A stretch of 64,000 nt of DNA from an uncultured Alphaproteobacteria bacterium (GTDB taxonomy: Bacteria > Pseudomonadota > Alphaproteobacteria > Puniceispirillales > Puniceispirillaceae): positions 811-64,810 of the forward strand of contig CALEYP010000003.1 of NCBI GenBank assembly GCA_937924895.1, given 5' to 3'. The position numbers and the translations under genes were made by a program. The notes under the pieces are model-generated. The model saw only the letters and a list, made by a program, of their open reading frames with translations, was not told where the DNA came from and did no database searches. This document shows, in pieces, positions 45,759 to 55,548 of the stretch; within the stretch, counting starts at the first letter, position 1; each line of letters starts with the position of its first letter.

Positions 45759-48401
45759 ATGTCGAGTGTAAAAGATATCAGATCAGCTTTTTTGGACTAT
45801 TTTGTAAAACAGGGCCATGCAGAAATCGCATCAAGCCCTCTTGTCCCTCAAAATGATCCAACATTGATGTTTACCAATGCGGGCATGGTGCAATTTAAAA
45901 ATGTCTTTACGGGCATGGAGCGTCGTGATTATCGCCGCGCCGTCACATCGCAAAAATGTGTGCGCGCAGGCGGCAAGCATAATGACCTTGAAAATGTTGG
46001 ATATACCGCGCGTCACCATACTTTTTTCGAGATGTTGGGGAACTTCTCTTTTGGTGATTATTTCAAAGAGAATGCGATTGAATTGGCATGGAACCTCATC
46101 ACAGGTGAGTTCGGCCTGAATAAAGAGAAATTGCTAGTCACCGTCTATCATGAAGATGAAGAGGCGGCGTCTTTATGGCGGAAGATTGCTGGTATTTCAG
46201 ATGACCGCATCATTCGTATTGCAACATCAGATAATTTTTGGTCGATGGGTGATACGGGCCCTTGCGGGCCTTGTTCAGAGATTTTCTATGATCATGGGGA
46301 GCATATTTTTGGTGGACCTCCTGGCTCGCCAGATGAAGATGGCGACCGGTTTATCGAGATTTGGAATTTGGTATTCATGCAATATGAACAAACCGAAACA
46401 GAGCGTTTATCTCTGCCAAAGCCCTCTATTGATACCGGCATGGGCCTAGAGCGCATTGCCGCCGTCTTGCAAGGCCAGCATGATAATTATGATATTGATT
46501 TGATGCGGGCTTTGATTGAGAGCTCAGCGCAGCATTCCCATACGGACCCAGATGGGGAGTTTAAAACATCTCATCGTGTGGTGGCTGATCATCTACGCTC
46601 TGCTGGCTTTTTGATTGCTGATGGTGTTTTACCGTCCAATGAGGGGCGCGGCTATGTGTTGCGCCGGATTATGAGACGGGCGATGCGCCACCTTCATCAA
46701 ATGGGGTGTAAGGACCCTGTTATGCATGAATTAGTGCCAACCTTGGTCTCTGAAATGGGGGGGCATTTTGATGAATTGGTGCGCGCGCAAAGTCTTATCT
46801 CTGAGACGTTAAAGCTTGAAGAAACAAGATTTAAAGAAACCGTAGGGCGCGGCATCAAAATCCTAAATGAAGAGGTAGACGGCAAGGGTGAAGGTGGCAC
46901 CTTAGCAGGTGATAAGGCATTCCGTCTTTATGACACCTATGGCTTCCCCCTTGATTTGACGCAAGATTTCTTGCGCGGCTATGGCTGGCAGGTAGATGTG
47001 GCTGGCTTTGACGAAGCTATGGCGGCGCAAAAAGCAGCGGCGCGTGCTGCTTGGACGGGGTCAGGGGGCACAGCAGAGCAAGCTGTATACCTTGAGCTTG
47101 CTGATGCGCATGGTGCAACTGAATTCCTAGGCTATGTTCAAAATACAGCCGAAGCAGAAGTGCAAGCCATGCTCAAAGACGGCGCTGTTATTGAGGCTGC
47201 AGAGACAGGTGATAAGATTGAACTTGTCCTAAACCAAACCTGTTTTTATGGCGAATCTGGTGGCCAGCTCGGTGATACAGGTGAGATTATCTGGGCATCT
47301 GGCACTGCACAGGTCACCGATACAACAAAGACAGCGGCAGGCTTATTTCTCCATCATGTGGAAGTAAGCTCAGGGACGCTATCACGCGGTGAGGCCGTGC
47401 AGTTGCAGATTGATGAGGGGCGCCGGTCAATGACACGTGCGAACCACTCAGCGACCCATCTATTGCACGAAGCCTTGCGCGAAGTGCTAGGCGACCATGT
47501 GGCGCAAAAAGGCTCGATGGTGGGGCCAGATAGATTGCGTTTTGATTTCTCGCATCAAAAAGCTGTGTCAGAAGAAGAATTGGCAGCTGTTGAAGAAATC
47601 GTAAATGAGCGCATCATTATGAATGATGATGTGACAACACGATTAATGACCCCTGATGAAGCCATTGCTGAGGGAGCCCTTGCCTTATTTGGTGAGAAAT
47701 ATGGTGATGAGGTGCGTGTCGTCTCTATGGGCGGCCCCACTGAGGTTGAGGGGCGTTCGGCTTGGTCGGTTGAATTATGTGGTGGTACCCATGTCTCTCG
47801 CACCGGTGATATTGCTGTTTTGAAGATTGTCTCAGAGAGTGCGGTTGCGGGCGGTGTTCGTCGTATCGAAGCTGTGACGCAAAAAGGCGCACGCAAATGG
47901 ATGACTGAAAAAGATAATCAGCTCTCTGCGGTCGCCCAGCTGCTGAAAACAGCGCCGGAGCAAGTGGCTGAGCGCGTGGCAGCCTTGATTGATGACCGCA
48001 AGAAGCTTGAAAGAGATATGAGCGAGCTGCGGAAAAAATTAGCCACGGGTGGCGGTGCCTCACAAGAAGCAGAAACAATTGGTAATATCCAATTTATCGG
48101 CAAAATTCTTGATGACGTGCCAGCCAAAGACCTCAAGCCTATGGCAGATGAATTAAAGTCATCTGGCTCAGGGCTTGTCATCGCGCTGATTGCGCGAAGT
48201 GATGACAAGGCCAGTATTGTTGTCAGTGTGAGCGCAGATGCCACTGATAGCTTTAATGCGGTTGACCTTGTAAAAATTGGCTCATCAGCACTTGGCGGCA
48301 AAGGGGGCGGTGGCCGCCCTGACATGGCGCAAGCTGGCGGCCCAAATGGTGCTGCTGCCGAGGCGGCCCTTACTGCCATCAAAGAGGCGCTTTCCTCATA
48401 G
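45759..48401 (+). CDS. alaS: Alanine--tRNA ligase
   Basis: Full-length AlaRS pattern (FTNAGM.QFK, editing-domain HSATHLLH, C-terminal DHHA1 [12 protein letters not shown]). Confidence 0.95.
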   Translation: MSSVKDIRSAFLDYFVKQGHAEIASSPLVPQNDPTLMFTNAGMVQFKNVFTGMERRDYRRAVTSQKCVRAGGKHNDLENVGYTARHHTFFEMLGNFSFGDYFKENAIELAWNLITGEFGLNKEKLLVTVYHEDEEAASLWRKIAGISDDRIIRIATSDNFWSMGDTGPCGPCSEIFYDHGEHIFGGPPGSPDEDGDRFIEIWNLVFMQYEQTETERLSLPKPSIDTGMGLERIAAVLQGQHDNYDIDLMRALIESSAQHSHTDPDGEFKTSHRVVADHLRSAGFLIADGVLPSNEGRGYVLRRIMRRAMRHLHQMGCKDPVMHELVPTLVSEMGGHFDELVRAQSLISETLKLEETRFKETVGRGIKILNEEVDGKGEGGTLAGDKAFRLYDTYGFPLDLTQDFLRGYGWQVDVAGFDEAMAAQKAAARAAWTGSGGTAEQAVYLELADAHGATEFLGYVQNTAEAEVQAMLKDGAVIEAAETGDKIELVLNQTCFYGESGGQLGDTGEIIWASGTAQVTDTTKTAAGLFLHHVEVSSGTLSRGEAVQLQIDEGRRSMTRANHSATHLLHEALREVLGDHVAQKGSMVGPDRLRFDFSHQKAVSEEELAAVEEIVNERIIMNDDVTTRLMTPDEAIAEGALALFGEKYGDEVRVVSMGGPTEVEGRSAWSVELCGGTHVSRTGDIAVLKIVSESAVAGGVRRIEAVTQKGARKWMTEKDNQLSAVAQLLKTAPEQVAERVAALIDDRKKLERDMSELRKKLATGGGASQEAETIGNIQFIGKILDDVPAKDLKPMADELKSSGSGLVIALIARSDDKASIVVSVSADATDSFNAVDLVKIGSSALGGKGGGGRPDMAQAGGPNGAAAEAALTAIKEALSS

Positions 48402-48443
48402 ACGGGGGGCAAGACAGGCTTCATTTTTGAAATCAGATAAAAG

Positions 48444-48471
48444 AAAAGGCGCTGAATTCAGCGCCTTTTTT
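48444..48471. terminator. Bidirectional rho-independent terminator between alaS and icd
   Basis: AAAA-GGCGCTGA-at-TCAGCGCC-TTTTTT, symmetric A/T flanks. Confidence 0.8.
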
Positions 48472-48490
48472 ATGGGGTATCTGGTGTCCT

Positions 48491-49708
48491 TTACGACGCC
48501 ATTGCGGCTTTTAGATTTTCATCTAAAGCGTCTAAGAACTCATCTGTTGTGAGGAACGGTTGGTCAGCGCCGATCAGCAAGGCCAAATCTTTGGTCATTT
48601 TGCCTTTTTCAACCGTCTTGATGCAGACCTCTTCTAATGTGTTAGCAAATTTCTCAACCTCAGGCGTGTTATCGAAGCGTGCACGATAGGTGAGGCCTCT
48701 TGTCCAAGCGAAGATTGAAGCAATAGGATTGGTTGATGTTTGCTTGCCTTCTTGGTGTTGGCGATAGTGACGTGTCACTGTGCCATGGGCTGCCTCAGCT
48801 TCAACTGTTTGCCCATCAGGTGTCATCAAAACTGATGTCATCAGGCCAAGAGACCCGAACCCTTGCGCAACCGTGTCTGATTGCACATCACCATCATAGT
48901 TTTTACATGCCCAGACGAAACCGCCATCCCATTTCATGGCGCAAGCTACCATATCATCAATGAGACGGTGCTCATAAGTAATGCCAGCAGCCGCAAATTT
49001 GTCTTTGAATTCAGCTTCAAATACTTCTTCGAACAAATCTTTGAAACGACCATCATAGGCTTTCATGATTGTGTTCTTTGTTGAGAGATATACAGGCCAA
49101 CCTAGGTCGAGACCATAATTCATACACGCTCTGGCAAAGCCACGGATTGACTCATCGAGATTATACATCGCCATAGCTACACCGCCCTCAGGGAAGTCGA
49201 ACACTTGATGTGTTGTCGCAGGGCTGCCATCAGCAGGCTGGAAGGTAAGGGTTAAAGTACCAGCACCCTCAACTACCATATCTGTCGCACGATATTGGTC
49301 ACCAAATGCATGACGGCCAATAACGATAGGACGAGTCCAGCCAGGTACAAGACGTGGCACGTTGGAGCAGATGATAGGCTGTCTGAAAACAGTACCGCCT
49401 AAGATGTTGCGGATTGTACCATTCGGTGACCGATACATTTTCTTGAGGTTGAACTCTTCCACGCGCGCTTCATCAGGGGTGATGGTGGCACATTTCACGC
49501 CGACACGGTGTTCTTTGATAGCATTGGCAGCATCGATAGTAATCTGGTCATCTGTGGCATCACGAGATTCCATGCCCAAATCAAAATATTTCAGGTCAAT
49601 GTCCAGATAAGGGAAAATCAATTTATCTTTGATTTTCTGCCAGATAATTCTGGTCATTTCATCGCCATCCATTTCAACGATTGGATTTGCTACTTTAATT
49701 TTTGACAT
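48491..49708 (-). CDS. icd: NADP-dependent isocitrate dehydrogenase (eukaryote-like ~405-aa type)
   Basis: [24 protein letters not shown]-terminus and full-length IDH1/2-like pattern. Confidence 0.9.
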   Translation of the reverse strand: MSKIKVANPIVEMDGDEMTRIIWQKIKDKLIFPYLDIDLKYFDLGMESRDATDDQITIDAANAIKEHRVGVKCATITPDEARVEEFNLKKMYRSPNGTIRNILGGTVFRQPIICSNVPRLVPGWTRPIVIGRHAFGDQYRATDMVVEGAGTLTLTFQPADGSPATTHQVFDFPEGGVAMAMYNLDESIRGFARACMNYGLDLGWPVYLSTKNTIMKAYDGRFKDLFEEVFEAEFKDKFAAAGITYEHRLIDDMVACAMKWDGGFVWACKNYDGDVQSDTVAQGFGSLGLMTSVLMTPDGQTVEAEAAHGTVTRHYRQHQEGKQTSTNPIASIFAWTRGLTYRARFDNTPEVEKFANTLEEVCIKTVEKGKMTKDLALLIGADQPFLTTDEFLDALDENLKAAMAS

Positions 49709-49830
49709 GAGATCTTCCCCTCTAGGTAACAATCAGGACTGGGCGCTATCCGACAATCGAAGCGCACAACTGTGTGACGCCTCTATACAGATATATGATA
49801 AAATTTGCAAGTTTTGGTGTCGCTTTCGCG

Positions 49831-50373
49831 CTAAAAATAATCGGAAATGCAATTTGCCATTTCGTCGCAATCATGCGCCCAGAAGATATCGCTTAGCTCA
49901 GAGGTGTGCACGAAGCCTTCATCTGAAATATGGGATAATAGCTCGCGCATTGGGTCCCAATAGCCATGAGGTGAATAGATAAAAACCGGCCCTGATAATT
50001 TGCCTAATTGGCGCCAGGTGAGAACTTCCATCGTCTCATCGAGCGTGCCAAGGCCGCCTGGTAGAATAAGAAATCCGTCAGCTGGCTCATACATTAGCAT
50101 TTTGCGTTCATGCATAGTTGTGGTCACCACCATTTTGGACACACCCTGATGAGCGACCTCGATATCCTCTAGGAATTGGGGGATAACACCTTCAATATAG
50201 CCGCCTGCAGCAATGGCCCCATCAGCAAAGGCACCCATCAGGCCCGTGCGTCCGCCCCCATAGATGAAATCAAATCCGGCTTTTGAGAGAGAGCTCGCTA
50301 GTGAGGTTGTTGTTGTTTGGATGTCAGCTGTTTTGCCAGCAGCGGCGCCAGCGAAGATGCATAATTTGGGCAT
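49831..50373 (-). CDS. LOG-family (TIGR00730) nucleotide phosphoribohydrolase
   Basis: GGGRTGLMG and LPGGLGTLDE motifs. Confidence 0.8.
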   Translation of the reverse strand: MPKLCIFAGAAAGKTADIQTTTTSLASSLSKAGFDFIYGGGRTGLMGAFADGAIAAGGYIEGVIPQFLEDIEVAHQGVSKMVVTTTMHERKMLMYEPADGFLILPGGLGTLDETMEVLTWRQLGKLSGPVFIYSPHGYWDPMRELLSHISDEGFVHTSELSDIFWAHDCDEMANCISDYF

Positions 50374-50585
50374 ATTTTCTTAACTCTTTGTCTTTCATTA
50401 TCTTTTCATTATCGTGTCAGTGTAAGGCTAGTCATCTTTTTTGACAAATCTTTGGTGAAGGTACTGCTAGCCACCATGCCTATCAGCAGCAAAATGGCAG
50501 AACAAAGGCTAGTAAGAGGCTGAGAACGCTGTTACTCTTTGAGTATGAGACAGGGAAAAGTGACCAAGCGGGGGTTAGTGACAAT

Positions 50586-51728
50586 ATGAAATCTTATACT
50601 TTGCCAGCAATCATTGCCGCATCAGTGTTAGCGCTCGCTACCTTACTTTACACGCTCATGGCGCCCGTAACAGAAGACGCACCTACAACGCAATTGGTTG
50701 AAGCGACACCCGTGACTAAAGCACCAGAGGAGAGTAAGCAGGCAGTTGTCACAACTGAGGCTGAAGAGAGCGTCAAGAGCGATGCCCCACTCCCCGAGCT
50801 TATTATTGATATTGCGCGTGTCCAACCAGATGGTATGGCCGTCTTTGCCGGTAAAGGGGCGCCAAATGGCACGATATTTATTACCGAAGCTGGCCAGGTG
50901 CTTGCCCAAAATGGCATTGATGATAATGGTGAATGGGTGGTGTTGCCTGAGGCGCCGCTCTCTGCTGGCGCGCATTTGCTTGAATTGGAAATGATTACCA
51001 CAGATGGGCGGCGCGTACGTGCAGATATCTCACTTGTGGTCGAAATTTCGGTTACAAAAGATGAAAAACCGCTTGTTGCCATCGTACCGCAAAGTGATGA
51101 AGAAGCCCCTCGTATTCTGCAAGCACCAGAAGAACTTGCTGTTGCCAATGTGCCAGCGGATGGCGGCGAAGAGACGTCACAAACAGATGCAAAGCCAATC
51201 GTCACCGAAGAAGAAGCTGAGACGGTTGCAGCCTTATTGGGGCAAGAAGATATTTTTGTTCAGATTGGATCATTGAGCTGGCGCGATGAAACCACGCTGG
51301 CTGTTCATGGGGTTGCGAGCGGCGGCGCACGTATAACAGGCGAGATTGGCAATATCGCACTTATGAGTGAAGATTTGCCTGATAATGGACGCTGGACTGT
51401 GCTAGCAGATGGTAACCCATTCGCTGAAGGGCCAGCCCAGAATTTAACCATTCGCCTATTAGATGATGAGGGTGCTACGCTTGCCACAACATCTCTCATG
51501 ATTTCACAAGATCAGTTGCGCTCTGGTTTGGATGGAAGCCTTATGGTTGTGGTGCATAAAGGTGATGCGCTTTGGCGTATTGCCTATCGTAGCTATGGCC
51601 GCGGCGTGCGCTATGTTGATATTTTCAAACGGAACCAGGATAAGATTAACGATCCTGACCTCATCTATCCGAACCAGATTTTCGCCGTCCCAGGCGTCGA
51701 ACAGCCGAATAACGCCCCAACAGAATAG
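50586..51728 (+). CDS. Membrane-anchored LysM peptidoglycan-binding protein
   Basis: N-terminal TM anchor and an acidic linker. Two related beta-rich repeats (..DDNGEWVV.. / ..PDNGRWTV..). C-terminal LysM HKGDALWRIAYRSYG...IYPNQIFAVP. Confidence 0.7.
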   Translation: MKSYTLPAIIAASVLALATLLYTLMAPVTEDAPTTQLVEATPVTKAPEESKQAVVTTEAEESVKSDAPLPELIIDIARVQPDGMAVFAGKGAPNGTIFITEAGQVLAQNGIDDNGEWVVLPEAPLSAGAHLLELEMITTDGRRVRADISLVVEISVTKDEKPLVAIVPQSDEEAPRILQAPEELAVANVPADGGEETSQTDAKPIVTEEEAETVAALLGQEDIFVQIGSLSWRDETTLAVHGVASGGARITGEIGNIALMSEDLPDNGRWTVLADGNPFAEGPAQNLTIRLLDDEGATLATTSLMISQDQLRSGLDGSLMVVVHKGDALWRIAYRSYGRGVRYVDIFKRNQDKINDPDLIYPNQIFAVPGVEQPNNAPTE

Positions 51729-51740
51729 GAGCCCTCCTTC

Positions 51741-52379
51741 ATGTCATCCGCATTCACACAAAAGACAGCGAGATACCAGCAAATTGGCTGGCCCATCAAT
51801 GCGCTTGCCGGTCTTTTGGTGATCGGGCTGACGTGGTTATCTCTGCCGCTTGGGGTGATCGCCTTTATCGGATTTTTATATCTGCAACTTTTGGTGCGAC
51901 AGCGGGATGGGTTTCTGCCATCAGATAGCGCATGGGGGGCAGAGGCGATTATCGCCCCTGTGGATGGTGTGGTCTCAGCCATTGAGTATAAATCAGATGC
52001 CACCATCATCACCTTCACAGGACAGGTCGCATCCTCTCAACTATGCTATTCACCGGTCAATGGTGTCGTCGAGGATACGCTATGGATTGATGGTGAATAT
52101 ACCGATCCACATGATAATCTATGGTCTGTGCACGCGGCTCGTCATGAATGTGTTATTGATATGGGCCGCGATCCTATCATCCTATGTTTGATGGGTACAA
52201 AATGGACAAGATATCTCACATTATCCTATGCGCAAGGGCAATCCATCAACCGAGGTGAGCCATGCGGTTTATCCTTGTTGCGCAGTACCGTGCGGCTTAT
52301 CATTCCCACGCATCATGATGTTATTGTTTTTGAAGGGCAGCGTGTGTTGGGCGGTCAAACCGTCATAGCCGACAGATGA
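51741..52379 (+). CDS. Divergent phosphatidylserine decarboxylase-like protein (small alphaproteobacterial Psd type)
   Basis: TM N-terminus, IIAPVDGVV, and C-terminal GEPCGLSLLRSTVRLIIP aligning to the GERFGLIRFGSR..V.LP region. Followed by a CDP-alcohol transferase gene, as in psd-pssA pairs. Confidence 0.55.
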   Translation: MSSAFTQKTARYQQIGWPINALAGLLVIGLTWLSLPLGVIAFIGFLYLQLLVRQRDGFLPSDSAWGAEAIIAPVDGVVSAIEYKSDATIITFTGQVASSQLCYSPVNGVVEDTLWIDGEYTDPHDNLWSVHAARHECVIDMGRDPIILCLMGTKWTRYLTLSYAQGQSINRGEPCGLSLLRSTVRLIIPTHHDVIVFEGQRVLGGQTVIADR

Positions 52380-52984
52380 TTGATACCAAGGTAAGAGAGC
52401 TGATAGACGCGCCCTTACGCCAGATCGGACAGCGCCTTGTCAGTGTAGGGCTCACAGCTAATCATTTGACCTATATCGGGTTTTTGCTGGGTATAGCGGC
52501 AGGGTGTGCCATTATGCAAGGCGCATTTAGCTGGGCGCTGGCTCTTATCCTGCTCTCACGCTTATGTGATGGGTTAGATGGCACCGTCGCACGCCTTACA
52601 GGGCCTACCGATAAAGGTGCGTTTCTCGATATTAGTCTCGATTTCTTATTCTATGCCTTTATCCCCTTATCATTTGCCATTTATGACAGCGGTAATGGGT
52701 TGGCAGCGGCCTTCTTGTTATTTTGTTTCATAGGCACTTCTAGTTCCTTTCTGAGCTATGCTGCGATTGCAGAAAAAAGAGGGCAAACCACACAATCACG
52801 TGGGACCAAAGGAATACGCTATCTTGGCGGACTAACTGAAGGTGCTGAGACAATTGCATTTTTATGCCTTATTTGCCTGATACCGTCACACTTCGCGCTC
52901 TGCGCTTATATTTTTGGTGGGTTATGCCTCATCACAACTGCAACAAGGCTCTATCAAGGCGTTGGCGATTTCGATGAGGGGTGA
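52376..52984 (+). CDS. CDP-alcohol phosphatidyltransferase family protein (PssA-like)
   Basis: DGLDGTVARLTGPTDKGAFLDISLD = D-G-x2-A-R-x8-G-x3-D-x3-D motif. ATGA overlap with the upstream gene. Confidence 0.75.
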   Translation: MIDTKVRELIDAPLRQIGQRLVSVGLTANHLTYIGFLLGIAAGCAIMQGAFSWALALILLSRLCDGLDGTVARLTGPTDKGAFLDISLDFLFYAFIPLSFAIYDSGNGLAAAFLLFCFIGTSSSFLSYAAIAEKRGQTTQSRGTKGIRYLGGLTEGAETIAFLCLICLIPSHFALCAYIFGGLCLITTATRLYQGVGDFDEG

Positions 52985-53070
52985 ATGCCACTTGTCATCT
53001 GATGCCAGATGATTACATCACAAAACAGAAGAGCCTTATTGAAAGATGAGTGAAAAGAGGAGCAAGTGCT

Positions 53071-53475
53071 ATGGCGCCCAAAATCACAAAATCAAATCGT
53101 GAATGGCAGGAGGAACTGACCCCTGAACAATATCGCGTAACCAGACAGCATGGTACAGAACGTGCCTTTTCAGGCGAATATTGGGATAATCACCGAGAGG
53201 GGCAATATCGCTGTATTTGTTGCGATGCACCGCTATTCCATTCTGAGACGAAATTTGAATCAGGGACTGGTTGGCCCTCTTTCTATGAACCGTCTCATGA
53301 CGAATATATTGGGACGAAAACAGATAGAAGCTTTTTCATGAAACGCACAGAAGTGCATTGTAGCCAGTGCGAAGCCCATTTAGGCCACGTTTTCGAAGAT
53401 GGGCCAGCGCCTACAGGTCTGCGTTATTGCATCAATTCAGCCAGCTTATCCTTCCAGGATGAGGAAGAGGCCTGA
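53071..53475 (+). CDS. msrB: Peptide-methionine (R)-S-oxide reductase MsrB
   Basis: Zn site CICC...CSQC, GTGWPSF, and active site RYCINS. Confidence 0.9.
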   Translation: MAPKITKSNREWQEELTPEQYRVTRQHGTERAFSGEYWDNHREGQYRCICCDAPLFHSETKFESGTGWPSFYEPSHDEYIGTKTDRSFFMKRTEVHCSQCEAHLGHVFEDGPAPTGLRYCINSASLSFQDEEEA

Positions 53476-53480
53476 TAGCG

Positions 53481-53506
53481 AAAAGGCCACTTAATCGTGG
53501 CCTTTT
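53481..53506. terminator. Bidirectional rho-independent terminator (msrB / EF-hand gene)
   Basis: AAAA-GGCCAC-ttaatc-GTGGCC-TTTT. Confidence 0.75.
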
Positions 53507-53537
53507 GCACTTCGGAGGAAAAGGGAGGATTAAAATT

Positions 53538-53984
53538 TTAGGAGTCAGTGCCAGTTGATGGCGCGGCATCATCATCATGATGATATCCTTTTTTGCCCCA
53601 TCTTTTATGGCCCTTCATTTTGCGAGGCCATTCATCACCAGCAATAAGACCGTTGGCATCTGCATATAAAGCGGCAAAGCGTTCTGTCGGCTTGGAAAGA
53701 AACTCATATTAGCTAACAGTGCCATTTTGATTGGCATCAAGGGTGTTAAACAGCGTTGTCGCTCTTGCAGTGAACTCTTCCAGTGATATCTGGTCATCAT
53801 CATTGCTATCGAGGCGGTGTATGCCGCGCATGCCTTTTTTGCCAGACTTGTCCATCATATAGTCGCCATGGCCATAGCCGTGATGATGGTCATGTTTATA
53901 TCCGGCATAAACCGCGCCTGATATGATGAGAGACGCAGCAAGTAGCCCGCCGCCTACGATATATTTTTTTCTTGAAGTACGCAT
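53538..53984 (-). pseudogene. Secreted His-rich EF-hand calcium-binding protein interrupted by one in-frame TAA
   Basis: Signal peptide, HDHHHGYGHGDY, EF loop DSNDDDQISLEE, then DANQNGTVS*YEF. The TAA at 53709-53711 is loop position 10. The frame stays open for 56 more codons, including DANGLIAGDEW, to the TAA at 53538. Confidence 0.6.
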
Positions 53985-54220
53985 AATTTGGTCCCATTGA
54001 TAAAAGTCGGTCAGTGTGTGAAGAGAGAAATGTCGCTGATAGGGGAGTATCGTTCGTCATTCGGCTTTGTGAGTGATAAATGAACTGACATCACCCTCTT
54101 CACATGTGCTATATAGCGCTTGGAAAAAGGCACAATTAGGGCACCTTCTAGGCAATTTAGGGGTGTTTTCGCGGCTCTTATGCCGTAATTTAAGGTCTCT
54201 GTCATATAGGGGAATATGGA

Positions 54221-55027
54221 ATGACTGTTGTTATTGATGGCAAAACAGAACTATTTGGCTGTATCGCGCATCCTACGGCACATGTGCGCGCCCCTTCTTT
54301 GTTTAACCCTCTCTTCGCCGCACATGACCAGAACCGTGTCATGGTACCAATGGATATTACGCCAGACGGTTTGGCCTCATCCGTGGCGGCCTTTAAGCAA
54401 ATGCCAAATTTCAAAGGCGCGGCTGTTACAATTCCTCACAAAATGACGCTAGCAGAGCTCTGCGATGAGCTGGGAGAGGTGGCGCAGATTACGGGGGCTG
54501 TCAATGCCGTGGCGGTGAAAGACGGCAAGCTATGCGGCGATAATTTTGATGGGGCTGGTTTCGTTGCTGGGGTCAAAGGTGAGGGTATTGCCCTCGCAGG
54601 GCGGAAGGTTGCGTTGATTGGGGCAGGGGGTGCAGCGCGTGCCATTGCCTATGCCCTTTCTTGTGAAGATATCACAAGCCTAACAGTGCATAACCGCACA
54701 CTCGCTAAAGCCGAAGCGCTACAAGACGCCATTATGTCATTCTTGCCGCAGGCGCCACTGCACGTGAGTGACGGGGTGGATTACAGCGATTATGATATGA
54801 TTATTAATGCCACCTCATTGGGGCTTTATGAAGGAGACGCCTTGCCATGTGCACTTGAGGGTGTTCGTGAGGATGCCGTGATTTGTGATATCATCATGTC
54901 TCCGGCTGAAACGGCTTGGTTGCAACAAGCGGCAGCGCGTGGTTTGCGCTGTCATTATGGGCGTCATATGTTGGATTATCAGATTACGCTGATTGGGCAA
55001 TTTATTGGCGCGATTGACGAGGGGTAG
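54221..55027 (+). CDS. Shikimate/quinate 5-dehydrogenase family protein
   Basis: AroE-like N-domain (GCIAHPTAHVRAPSLFN, VTIPHK) and Rossmann GAGGAARAI. Confidence 0.75.
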   Translation: MTVVIDGKTELFGCIAHPTAHVRAPSLFNPLFAAHDQNRVMVPMDITPDGLASSVAAFKQMPNFKGAAVTIPHKMTLAELCDELGEVAQITGAVNAVAVKDGKLCGDNFDGAGFVAGVKGEGIALAGRKVALIGAGGAARAIAYALSCEDITSLTVHNRTLAKAEALQDAIMSFLPQAPLHVSDGVDYSDYDMIINATSLGLYEGDALPCALEGVREDAVICDIIMSPAETAWLQQAAARGLRCHYGRHMLDYQITLIGQFIGAIDEG

Positions 55028-55152
55028 GAACTGGAAAAGCTCTTATCAGAACTTTGGCTATGCCTCGGGATATGCCATAGAATATGATTGAAAGATGTGG
55101 TGTCTTTGGGTAAAACAGAGCACCGTGCAGTGATGGGTAATGGACGAAGAGA

Positions 55153-55548
55153 ATGGCAGACGATAAAAATAGCTGGACCGAAGAGCGCCTCGATAAGTTG
55201 CGCGCCTTATGGGATAAGGGCTTATCAATTTCTCAAATTGGTGAAGAGCTTGGCGTTACACGGAACGCTATTGCCGGAAAGGCCCATCGTTTAGGATTGC
55301 CAAAACGCCAATCTCCTATTGCCTCAAAGAAAGCCGCTGCTGAGAAGCAACCTGTTTTAGAGGATGTGCAAGAGCTACCGCTTCGCCTTGCCTTGCGCAA
55401 ATTAAATTGGTCGCGGTCAAAATGCGCCTGGCCATCAGGCGACCCGAAGCACACAGATTTTAATTTCTGCGGCAAACCGATTATTGCGGGCAAGCCATAT
55501 TGCAACGATCACTGTATCGAAGCTTACACGACCTCGCGCGATGGCTAA
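55153..55548 (+). CDS. gcrA: Cell-cycle transcriptional regulator GcrA
   Basis: SWTEERLDKLRALWDKGLSISQIGEELGVTRNAIAGKAHRLGL N-domain and C-terminal CAWPSGDP...FCG...PYC..H. Confidence 0.85.
   Translation: MADDKNSWTEERLDKLRALWDKGLSISQIGEELGVTRNAIAGKAHRLGLPKRQSPIASKKAAAEKQPVLEDVQELPLRLALRKLNWSRSKCAWPSGDPKHTDFNFCGKPIIAGKPYCNDHCIEAYTTSRDG

Noticed and set aside
50391-50413. Tandem TCTTTCATTA / TCTTTTCATTA direct repeat upstream of the LOG-family gene
   Set aside because: There are only two imperfect copies, in AT-rich promoter DNA. There is no additional array structure and no conservation evidence.
20314-53711. Reassignment of TAA to a sense codon, as an explanation for the two in-frame TAAs in atm1 and the EF-hand gene
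   Set aside because: TAA is the commonest genuine stop codon in this window. It ends the STAS, ald, rpmF, hspQ, sufB, sufC, sufD, sufT and sufA genes, among many others, at positions where homologous proteins end. Global recoding is therefore untenable. Only a local mutation, a sequencing error or context-specific read-through remain.
54010-54110. Complementary segments GTCAGT/ACTGAC and TGTGAAGAG/CTCTTCACA in the EF-hand/aroE spacer as a structured RNA
   Set aside because: The order of the arms (L1 L2 ... R1 R2) is incompatible with a single hairpin. Matches of this length are expected by chance in a 236-nt spacer.
54011-54414. ORFs 54011-54205 and 54202-54414 (minus strand) in or next to the aroE-like gene
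   Set aside because: One overlaps the aroE-like coding sequence in antisense. The other lies in the divergent promoter region, with no SD and no domain signal.
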